In this document: positions 53,195 to 64,000 of the stretch, one piece after another
How positions within the stretch are numbered: position 1 is the first letter of the stretch
How the letters are laid out: each line of letters opens with the position of its first letter
Notes under the pieces: model-generated
What the model saw: the letters and a program-made list of their open reading frames with translations, nothing else
The model's database searches: none
Told to the model about the DNA's origin: nothing
Translations under genes and position numbers: made by a program
Assembly (NCBI GenBank): GCA_000165425.1
Contig: CT868019.1
Coordinates: 1 to 64,000, forward strand
Source of the DNA: Paramecium tetraurelia
Lineage: Eukaryota
DNA: 64,000 nt
Reading direction: 5' to 3'

Positions 53195-54871
53195 ATGATT
53201 CGTAATATTTTGAAATTGGGGTTCTCAACAGCAACGCTAAATGAGGAGCCAAAAAGCAGATTCAGCTTGTTCAAACTGATAGTTGGAGCTGCCATTGGAG
53301 TTTATGGATTCGATTAAGGCAGGAAATATCGGGAATATTTCACGAACACTTTTCTTACTAAAGAATAAATCAATGAATTAGTGATTAAAAATATAACCAA
53401 ATCCAAAGATTAGCAACTGACAGCCCATCCAATTAATAGCATTAACAATATCAAGAATAAGGAAAAGGTAGTGATAGTTGGAGGAGGTAATATTGAAATT
53501 TACAATTAGGAATAATTGGAATCTCACAAGCATTAAAATTATTAAGGATGGGATATAATGTGACTGTCATTGAATAAGCCAATACTGTTGCATCAGAATG
53601 CAGTGCCTTCAATGGAAATGTGTTTAATCCCATGTACTTTTTACCATTAGTCACCAGAGTAATTACAAGTCTAATAACCATTAGGATAATTTGATCTATA
53701 TGATTAAGAACATATTTGAGAAACCAGAGTTGACTACAGTCAGATTCAACATGAATGCATTCTTAGAAACTAATTTTATTTAGTGGGGAATTAATAGTTT
53801 ACTTTTGAGTATGACAGAGTATTGACATCAAATATAAAATTAGCTATGCTTAAATTGAGAATTCAAGAAAACAATTGAAAATTGGATCCTTGACTTTGCA
53901 GGACATAGAGAAGTTAAGACCCTCAGGATTATTTAAAGGCCATTTAGTAGCAAAGGGATAATTAGGGTTTTTTGCCTCAGATTAAAAAGTTGAGGCCTAC
54001 AGAGATAGGTTGGTGTTGTTGGGAATCCCTCATATCAAAGTGGATTCCTTCGATTAAATCGAAAAATTCGCAAGAACAGATCTCAAAACTGAAGAAAATC
54101 TGAAACTCTTCAATAGATTTAAAAAAGCTTTGATTTTAGTTACTGAATCCAATTTGGAAACCAGAGAATTAACACAAACCATGCTCAAGTATTGTTAAGA
54201 GAACTTTCCGAATCAATTCGCAATTGCATTTTAGACTTCTGCTTAAAATTTTGTCTTAGATGGAGATAAAAATGTTAAAGGAATTCAAACTAATAAAGGG
54301 TATATATATGTGTATGATAATTATTGTAGAATCGTATTGGGAGATAGTTTTGTTATATGTTTAGCACACAAAAGCAAATAGCTAGCACATAAATTAAAAT
54401 TAAATCTCCCCATTATACCTGCAAAAGGATGGGCTATGGGAAGAACTGCTCCATAAAATTTCAATCAGACTTTAGTTAAAGAATTCACTTTGAATACTCC
54501 CAACTATTTTGCTACAAATCTAAATGGACATTTAAGATTGGCAGGGTGTGCAGAGGTTTGCAATGATACTCCATCGACTGATGCAAGTAGTGAATGGGGA
54601 GCTATTTAAATATTAAATAGGTTCAATGAGCAAAATGGATTTGACTTTAAAATGAGTGATTTTACTGTTAGAAGTTGTTTCAGACCATTAACACCAGATG
54701 ATGTTGCTATAATTAGTGAAGTCCCAGAGTTCAAAAATGTATTTCATAAATGCTGGTCATGGATCAAGAGGCATGAGTTACTGCTTTGGAGCAGCAGATA
54801 TCATGAGTTAGATTATGGAAGGATCCAAGGAATTTGAAGATTACAGTGTGAAGAGGTATTATTTTATATGA
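53195..54871 (+). CDS. D-amino acid dehydrogenase (DadA/DAO family) FAD oxidoreductase; apparent 1 nt frameshift at ~54742
   Basis: KVVIVGGGIIGISQA..VTVIEQ..ASECSAFNG, PIIPAKG, LRLAGCAE, CFRPLTPDDVAII, then INAGHGSRG in the +1 frame. Confidence 0.88.
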
Positions 54872-54896
54872 TTTATTAATAAATATTCGTTAAATT

Positions 54897-55383
54897 ATGC
54901 AAAAAAAGAAAGGCCATTCCAAGAATCTATCTAAACAAGCCATTGATTTAATTAATTACTATAATAACTTAAGGACATCAATTTCTAATGAATTTGCGAT
55001 GATGAATTTAAATAAAAAAATGTCATTATACATTGCTGATCAACGTATTTCATTTTGCAATTCTAATAGCCATCGTTGAAGAAGATGTTGAGGATTCTCC
55101 AATTGGATTAAAAAGGAATTGCTCTAAGACAGAACATGTTAATATCAATATTTATACATAACCATATGATTTAGATGAGGAATTATAATAAGATGTAAAA
55201 TAGTTAAAACAAACTTTGAATTAAAGTATTTATCATAGGTAACAATTAGGAATAACTTAATTAAAAAGCATAATAAATCAATCGGAAAAAATGAAGAGTA
55301 TGAAAAATTAAAATAATAAAGAAAATTAATGCTAAAATAATCAAAGTCTTGTCAATAAAACATCCACCAAAAAAAGAGTTTGA
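54897..55383 (+). CDS. Hypothetical protein, ~153 aa
   Basis: MQKKKGHSKNLSKQA.. with one 25 nt intron (~55045-55069) giving 462 nt to TGA at 55381. Confidence 0.65.
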
Positions 55384-56190
55384 AAAAAAAATAATTGTTT
55401 CAATTTAATTATTAGAAGTCATTTTTAATTAAAGAACTTCTCATAAACTAAATAAATATAATAAATGCATCTTAAGAATCTCAATTATCTTTATCAAAAT
55501 TATTAGCCTTATATTTTCATTTTTTAATTCCTTCTATAATTATGACTAATTTATTAAGGTTGTCTTTTTAATTGTAAGATTTAGCAAAGGTAAATGCATT
55601 TATAATTACAAAGGATCTAAGCATCACAATGCTTTCCAAATTTAATTTATAAATCTAGATATCTAAATTTAATATGATATCATTCTTGAAAATAGTCTAA
55701 CTATTATCAATTAAATTTATTTAAAAAATAACTTGAGATAGTAAAATAGATTTATGTTAGTTTTTAATTTTTCTATTATTAATTAAAATTAATGAAGTAA
55801 GGAAGAATTTCTGATGTCAAATAATAGATTTCTTAGTAAAGTTGGATAATACTTGTAGTATTTTAAGCTTCTAGATTTGAATCCACTTAAGGTTCTTGAA
55901 TTAAATAAATTTGATTATCTTAACCTTTTATGTCAGTATTTTTGTGGATAAATTAAGTTAAGAAAAAAAAATTTGTATTAAAAAAATAATATATAAATTA
56001 TTTAGCTTAAATAATCACTTAATTGTCCTTGCTAAAATGAGAATTATAAATGAATAAACTAGACAATTATTAATTCAATTGAATATTATAATTTGATCAA
56101 ATTAGTTTTAACAGCTTATAATTATCTCTAGTTAAGTTTACCTTCTTAGCCCTTGAATTGCATTTATAAAATCATTCAGTTTTAATTATA

Positions 56191-57672
56191 ATGAAATTTT
56201 TTAATTACTTCAGGTGGAAGTTTGAGGAAACAGATTTGGAAGAGAAATATTAGATAGATAAAGCAAATGAAATAAAAAAGCCTGTCTTTTAATGTATACT
56301 TTTGCTTTCTTTCTGTTCTAACGTCACTGTATTAGCCCTACATTACTTTGTTTAACCTATAGGAACTTGGTATATCAATGCCATCTTAACTGGGCTGACA
56401 ATAATTTAAGTTATAATCATACTTGTACTCAAACAGCTCCAATACTTATAAATTGGATTGACTTTAAGCAGTATTTCTATAGGAATTTTATAACTCAATG
56501 TTGATCCATTAAATACGACTTCGTCTGAATTTTATGTCTATGGCTGTATATTTACATAATTTCAAGCAGTTTTATTTATGATCTCTAATTTAAATCACGC
56601 ACTTTTTTAAATTATTTGCAGTCTGGCAATCAGAACTTCAATTACTACCTTATATTCAAAAAGGCCAGATTATCTATCCATATTTTTAGGCGTTTTTGGC
56701 TGTTTTTTGATTCTTATTACTATATTTGTAAATGATAAAAATTCTAGAAGACATTTTATTTAAAATTTGAAAGAAAACAATCTAAAAAAGTTAGGCAACT
56801 TTTTGATAAATAAACCCTATCTTAAAATATAATTTAATGAAGATCAATAGATTTTTTAATTGCTTAGTCAAAGTCGGATTAACAAATTTCCAGGATACAA
56901 TTCAGAGCTATGTGATGGTTGTAACTCAAGACAAATCTTAAGGTATTACAAATCTGATATCGGATGGCTAGAGTAGATTTTATTAAGTCAGCCACAATTG
57001 ACTAAATAAGGTTGTGCATTAATAGTTAAGTGTGAAAAAATTAGATTCATAATAAAGGTTTGTGTGATTGATCCTTAATAACACCAATATTTAATACTAT
57101 TTTAAGAATATCTATAGAAAGTTGTAAAGGTCTTGGAATAAGAAAAAGAACAAATAAAATTAAAAGATTTCTTAAATTAAAATTCCATTTTTTATCATCA
57201 AAAAGTATTTAATCTAGGAGCATTTAGTGTATTATTCTTAAATAAATAAGTTCTAAAGAGAATTGAGTTCAAGCAACTATTATAAAAAATAATCAGAATA
57301 TACTAAAGTAAATTTTTCCCAAATATTGAAATCGAAACCTAAGCTAAAGAAGACTAAATTTATATATGTTCTTATTTACATTAATTAAGAATTTTCTTAA
57401 TTTAAATATTTGAAATAATTTCAGAAATCACTTTAAAAGATTCAGAAAAAGTTGTTGTTCACATAAACCAACATCTCAATAATATTGAAGTGAAGTTAGA
57501 GGGACTAAATCAATAGCTTTTTAAGTAGTAATACACTTAAAATTACTTTATCAGAAAAATTTAAAGTTTATTATTGGATAGTTATTAATTTAATGGAAAG
57601 GACTCAACATTTTTACTAAAAAATTATCCTTGCGGGACATTCTATTAAAAATTAATTGAAACAAATTATTGA
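56191..57672 (+). CDS. Multi-pass membrane protein, probably the same family as 27000-28500, ~493 aa
   Basis: MKFFNYFRWKFEETDLEEKYQIDK, then ~6 hydrophobic segments and a soluble tail with CDGC; 1482 nt ATG-to-TGA. Confidence 0.7.
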
Positions 57673-58333
57673 AATACCAATAACATCATCAAAAAAGGGA
57701 AAAAATAATATAAAATTTTAATTATTTCTATTATCAATTTAATATAATTAAAACCTGATTAATAATATAGTATATTTTAAATTGAAAAGACAACCATCTA
57801 GAATGCTGAACATGTTCTTATTATTTAATTAATTTATCAGAATATTTAATATCAATAATTTATAAATAGAATTTAATTAATAATCCCTATTGATTCTTAT
57901 TATTATTTCTAATTAGAATATATATCAATATTTGTTAATGCCTTATTTAGACTATGGGATTATTGAATTTGAAGAGTATAGTGGATTTTATTAAGAAATT
58001 TATGAGTTTATCAATATTTGAAGATTAGAATTATTATTATTTTAATGATTTTGGAAGTTAAAATGATGATATTAAAATAGTAATATAAATAAAGGATGCC
58101 TTGCTTAATACTCTTTTTATCTATTAAACTATATTAAGTGTGTAAGATTTAAATTTGAAGCTGATTTTCTAAAATCAAAATATGAATTCTGGATACATGA
58201 TGGGTTTGCAATGGATTGAAGTAAGGGTATAGGAAATTAAAGATAAATAAGTTTGATAAAGATGGGAAATGAAAATATGATATTTTCAAAAAAGGATTTG
58301 AATGAATAGATTTAAGTTAATATAATTTATATA

Positions 58334-59707
58334 ATGAAATAATAATAACCACTAAAAGGAATACCAAACATTAGATCACAATATTATGTTGCTGCCTAGG
58401 CTTTGAATTCTTAATTATCTTCTAAGATTAGCAAGACTAAGTCAAGTTACATAGATGATTCAAACAAAAGTAAATATCAAATAAAAATCATTAGTCAAAG
58501 ATTACTCTTATTTTTAATTATCTACTCAGAAAACTTAGCCAAAAAGCACAGCAAAGAGAGTAAATGTAAGCCTAGATTAACCAAAACCAGATGATTCAAC
58601 AGTGTTACCTCCTTTGAGAAAAGAAATATTGAGATCAAGATAATCGTAACCTACTGTGACTAAAAGTAAATAACAACCAAGAAATAACTCCCCTTTACTT
58701 CCATTAGAGAGCATTCCTGTAATAGAACCATCAAAAATATCGCAAAAAAATATCGGGATCGTATCAGCCTATGCTGCAAATACTCACTAAGGTCTAGTTA
58801 GATAATATAACGAAGACAGAGTTTCTATTATTTTAAATTTAATGAGACCAAATTCCAATACAAGTTAAGGATATTGGCCTCAGAGTTCATTTTTTGCAGT
58901 CTATGACGGTCATGGAGGACCATAATGTGCAGACTTCATGAGAGACAATTTGCATTAATATGTAAAATTAATGATATGCATAGATTATTAAAGAGGATTG
59001 TTTTCCCAATAATCCCAAACTTGCAATTGAAAGAGGAGTCTCGAAGGCTGAGAAAACCTATTTAGAAATGGCCGATCAGAAAGTGTTAGATAAATCTGGT
59101 TGCTGTGCAGTATTTGCACTCTTTGTAGACAACAATTGCTATGTGGCAAATATAGGGGATTCTAGGGCAGTCATTTCCTAAGGTGGAAAAGGGAAATCGA
59201 TTACAGTTGATCATAAGCCTTCAACTCAAGAGGAACAATAAAGAATTAGCAAATTTGGAGGATAAATATATTAAACTTAACTTTAATAATTAAACGGTGA
59301 AATATAATTAGGACCCCATAGAGTTTTGCCTGGGAGATTGGCTGTTTCAAGAACATTTGGAGATGCTGAGGCTAAGTTGACTAAATATGGAGGGATTCCT
59401 AATGTAATTTCAGCGGAACCAGATATATTTTAGTTATAAATTACAGATTAAGACTTCTTGATTTTGGCATGTAATTTTTTCATTTGATTAAGGTGATGGT
59501 ATATATGATAAAATGAGTAGTGAGGAAGTTATATAATGCGCTTGGAATGTGCAAACATCGAATATTCATATATTTGGGGGCAAGGCTGTGGAAGCCATAA
59601 TGAGATTGTCATTATAGAGAAAAACCTTCGATAATATCACAGTCTTATTTATAGGATTTCCTTAACTGGAGAAAAAGTTAAAAAATAAATCATAAATTTA
59701 ACAATGA
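58334..59707 (+). CDS. Protein phosphatase 2C (PPM family)
   Basis: QGLVRQYNEDR, FFAVYDGHGG, ANIGDSRAV, DHKP, GRLAVSRTFGD, LILACDGIYD, DNIT; three short introns. Confidence 0.96.
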
Positions 59708-59716
59708 TACTGTATT

Positions 59717-61635
59717 TCAATCCATTATCTTTTGTTACATATTTTAATCTTTATATTTATCAATATACTTTGGTTTGAGTTCAGTTTTTAAACGAAATCT
59801 TTTTACATTATTACTCTTTTGATGGTTTTCTCGAATTAAGAACTTCAAATTCTTTTTAATTATCCTTATGCTATATCGATAAATGGTTTTTAGGTGATAT
59901 TATTATAAGACTTCATTGATATTCCACTCTGGATCGAAAAATGTGTAATTTTAGATTTCGTCAATGTCAAAATTCTAGGTCATAGTTTAATGTATTTCTT
60001 CTTTCTGAGTAATTGTTTAAGATTTCATTTTTCTTGCTTGCATCATTTAGTAATATTCAATTAAGAATTGATTATACATAGTCCTTTGCTTCTAATTCCG
60101 AGTTCTTAAGAATTTGACTTTAGGTCTTCTTAATCTTAAAGAGATGTAGTGAAATTATTAGCAAAATTTAATGACATGACCTTTACGATTGCAACCGTAG
60201 CATTTGATATCTAAATCAAGAAAGTCGTTATTTTCTAGTCTTTGTTTTATCATATGAAACTTTTAGAATTGCTCATAATTTAACGATTGTAAAAATTATT
60301 ATCTAGACAATTTGACTAAATTGGTTGTTTCGGTTGTAATTAGTTCAGCCGTTCTTGGAATATTGGAGAAGAAATTGATTATTCCAAAACATTATTCTGC
60401 ATATTCAAGATGCACATTATTAGCCATAACTGAGACTTTACCTTGAACAATATAATAGATGTGGTTCTAGTCTTCGATTTTGGTTTCTGGAGAGAGAACT
60501 TAAAATAGCAAATAGAAAATACTGTATTCATTTAGTTTGATGGCTCTGGACATTGTGACTGGAAGTGCTTTAAAGAATCTTAAGTTCATTTGAGTGATGA
60601 CTTGATTTCGTAATTCTTCAGAGAGATCGCAGATAACAAGTGAGGATCTTACCTCATAATCATTTTCGACTACCCATTCTAAATAATTTTGGATTTTATG
60701 TCTTAATCGACCTGAGCAACCATGAGTTTTAGTATATTTGTTGATGATTTGTTGTTTAACTATCAATTCTGTCAATTAGGGATCTTGATACTGAAAGATA
60801 GATATCATGCTGTTGGCTGTGTATCCAAATACACCTGAAGCCAAAATCATAGCGAAGATAGTGTAGATCTATTCTTCTGCAGTGTATGGATGAACATCAC
60901 CGTAGCCAACGGTGATCATTGTGGTAATTCTTAAAAATCATTTTCATATTATACGTGAAATAAAAGGATGTTAAGTAATCATAATCATCTTGATTTGTCA
61001 AATTAAAAATACATGCACTCCAATGGGCTATAACTACAATTATAAATGTTAATTTGATGAATTCCATAAAGGATGAGAAATCATTCCCAAGAAATGTCTC
61101 CAATCTTCTAATCAAAAGCTTCAATTTAAAAGCTTTGATCATTTTAATTACTTTAAGAAACTTGAAGAATCTCAACATTCTAATCATTTACACGTTGCCT
61201 CCCTATCGTTATGCTGATATTTACTTCAACAAAATAATCATATGGCAATGAGCTTATTAGATCCAACCAAAACCAAAATTTCAGATAATTGCATGTGATG
61301 CTTGATCTCTTTAATACTATTTTACCGTCTATATAGATGGCACAATTGAATTGAATGAGAATATCCACTAAGAAGAAATCATCCATAATTTCCATAAACA
61401 AAGATGTTCTCTCATCATCAATCTCGAAGGATAACATAAGAGGTATAATCATCATTTGAATTACAATAAATAGCATCGAGATGATATCCCAAACTAATCT
61501 AAAAGGATGGTTGGGTTGCCAAGGAGGAGGAATGAGAGTTGTTTTAACTTTTTGTTTTGTTTCTGATTCGTTTTTTCTCAGAAACGTATGAAAGTCATGA
61601 GTGTAATCTTCCCTTAATTATTTTTCAATATTCAT
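59717..61635 (-). CDS. Compact CNBD (EAG/HCN-like) 6TM K+ channel; exact stop slightly uncertain
   Basis: PNHPFRLVWD, FWLDLISSLP, S4 IRMLRFFKFLKVIKMIK, IAHWSAC, TTMITVGYGDV, CNBD FGIINFFSNIPRTA; introns near 61203-61224 and 60930-60954. Confidence 0.93.
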
Positions 61636-64000
61636 AATAATAAAATAGTTTAAAAAGCACAATTTACGAATAAAATAGCATCAAAACAAAGGAATAACTT
61701 TAAATTAATTTTGATCCTTTCCAAATTGATCTGTCTATATCAGAATCTACTTTAGACAATTGACATTGTACAATAACCCTAGGCAAACATAGTGTCTAAC
61801 TAATAGGGAAATAATATTCCTAAATTAAAGAATATGATTTAGATAATGTCTGGAATAGTGTATAGAAAGAATTTCTCGAATTTAGAGAGTTAAGAAAATT
61901 AGTGGATAAACTTTGTTCTGAAAAATAAGTAATGTTGGTCTAAGTTTATGATAAACTCACCTTATAACTTTATTAGGTTTAACTTCATAATTATGGTAAC
62001 TATTTTTTTATTATCCATTAAATTTGTTTAGTTATAGAAACTAGGTAATTGCTTTCACTTGAATTGCAACATAATAAAATATAAGGATGGTAAATAAGGT
62101 TGCTCTATTTCTACTTAACTCATAGTTTGTTCTTCTGAATTATTTTTTGCGAAAGATTATATCAAAGTTTGACATTAATCCACATTCTCTTTTCCTAATA
62201 AAAGCATAATACGCTTTTATTGTTTTCTTCTTAAATTATTTCCCCTTCGTACTAATATGAACCTTTAACTTATATTTGGTTAATGTAATTACAAGAACAG
62301 CATCACAGCCTAAATTCTTACCATAACCAAGATAAGAACTTGCCTATAAGTTAATGTTAAGTCAAAATTAGTAATAATCAACTATTTTTGAACGCATTCA
62401 TATAGAGGATTCTCCTACTCAAAGGCAAATAAATTCCATTATTATTCCCAAAATATATAATATCATAACCAAATCTGTGAGCTCATCAGATATTTTATGT
62501 ATTTCTAACAAGTAATTATATGTAAGATAAAAAACCAACTCTCAAACTCAACAAATTTTAAATTCCATTTGCCATTCAATTGCTTTTATCTTTTAATTAG
62601 AATTAATCCTCTATTAGAGTCCCATTCAAGTACTTTATTATTTTCATAGCAAAAATGGTAATATTATGAAATTATCAATGTTTTAGTTATATTAATTTAT
62701 TTATACAAGGCTTATTTTGTCAATAAAATGTACTAATTTAGATCTTCCATATATTATGAACCAAGTGATAGCGGCAGTGTCAAGTCGGTTTAGGTGGGAA
62801 ATGCCAAATAAGATTAAGTTAGATATCTCACAGATCAATTATAAGCAGTGATTATGTTTAACGAAAAGCTTGAAAAAGAAATCAATACCTTAAAACAATA
62901 AAATTAACAATTAAAATAATCAGTTGTTGATAAAGATAGGTTAATTTCAGAGGCTCAAGAATCCTCATCAAAAACCATAAGTAAATTGCAGTAATATAAT
63001 TGTTTTACTTTTAGTGTTCTATTATCAGAAAACAAAAAATTGTAAGAAATCGTGATTTCTACAAATAAAAACTTAAAAACTTCCAACAGCAAAGTTCAAT
63101 AACTTTAACAAGAAAATAATGTTTTAAAATAAACAATGCAATAATAAGAAGAATACCATGTAGAGGAAATGAAAAAAAGAGCCAATGAGCTTGAATAACA
63201 TTATCAGTTGATGTAAAATATTGTTTCAGATCTAACATCATAAGTTTCATAATTATGTGAGGAAAAATAAAGACTGTAAAATGAATTAGACGAAAAAAAT
63301 AAATTACAACAAAAATGAATGTTTATTATTTTGATAAAATTGATTAAAAATTAATAATAGTGTTTTTAATCTTCCGAAATAAAGAATGAAATTTTGTAAA
63401 AAACCCAAATTTGAATTTAAATATCCACGTAAACCAGAATTGTTACAAGATGTCTGAATTTAATCAAAGAAATAAATGAAAGTCAATAACTATTTTTTCC
63501 AATTCCTTTTTATTCTATCCATCTCTTAATAGAATAATAATTAATTTTAGTTATGATCTAAAATACAATTCAATATGCAAAATAATAATTGAAATAAATA
63601 AGAATACAAGCAAAGCTGCTTCAAAATTATCACAATTCCCATTCATTACAAATAATAATCTAGTTTTCTATCAAGTTCCCTAATATTATTTAAATTAGTT
63701 AAATTCAATATCCTTTTAATTTTATCAACTATTCTTAAATACACCTCTTAATCCACTACTAAACAAGCTCCTTTATGGTTCAATTCGCCTTTATTACATC
63801 TAAAATATTTGCATAATGTAAAGACTAAATCCTTAATTTACAATTAAATCTTACTTCATTTAATTACGCTTATTTTTTATGCTCTAAATAAGATTGCAAA
63901 ATCTATTTGATAAATTTCCAAACTTCCTTTAAACTTGGATCTGATTAGCAAAAGTAATCTTGAGGGGCACATTAAATAACTAGATCTTTTAAACATCTAA

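Larger units (their letters stand above)
1..64000. other. Ciliate nuclear DNA (Paramecium-like): TAA/TAG = Gln, TGA the only stop, tiny 21-32 nt spliceosomal introns
   Basis: STI1, PP2C, PDI and the channels stay in frame through many TAA/TAG codons and end at TGA. Frame changes coincide with short AT-rich GT..AG segments, e.g. 16098-16120 and 17545-17569. Confidence 0.95.

Noticed and set aside
62050..62575. Faint resemblance to a sterol desaturase/fatty-acid hydroxylase on the minus strand (IHKI.., GLMSNFDIIF)
   Set aside because: His boxes are absent and there are several TGA; too degraded to call without an alignment.
1..64000. CRISPR arrays, rRNA, C4A2/C3A3 telomeric tracts, retained TA-bounded IESs, Euplotes-type AAA-TAA frameshifting
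   Set aside because: None seen. Gene interruptions are explained by GT..AG introns or single-base anomalies, and TAA is a sense codon here.

Overview
AT-rich, gene-dense ciliate DNA, most consistent with Paramecium macronuclear sequence. Conserved proteins read through TAA/TAG (Gln; genetic code 6), end only at TGA, and are split by 21-32 nt GT..AG introns. The supplied ORF track treats TAA/TAG as stops, so it is fragmentary and partly spurious. Positions ~1-12 kb contain no gene I could model and look like decayed coding sequence. From 12.1 to 61.6 kb I hand-modelled about 28 genes, including STI1/HOP, an importin-alpha-like protein, a VWA protein, a kinase, a FAD-binding protein, a Hook-like protein, two CNBD K+ channels, an FLVCR-like MFS transporter, a PDI, EF-hand proteins, an NPHP4-like protein, RBR and RING E3 ligases, OPA3, a DadA-like oxidoreductase and PP2C, plus a BT1 transporter pseudogene. 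Best leads: a pore-less stand-alone voltage-sensor protein head-to-head with the NPHP4-like gene, the Hook-like adaptor, a possible pseudo-otubain/RBR fusion, CCHC knuckles behind the CNBD of both channels, a six-domain PDI, and two single-base frame anomalies. All family assignments are by eye from remembered motifs; no searches were run. I saw no CRISPR array, rRNA, convincing tRNA, telomeric repeat or recognisable transposon.
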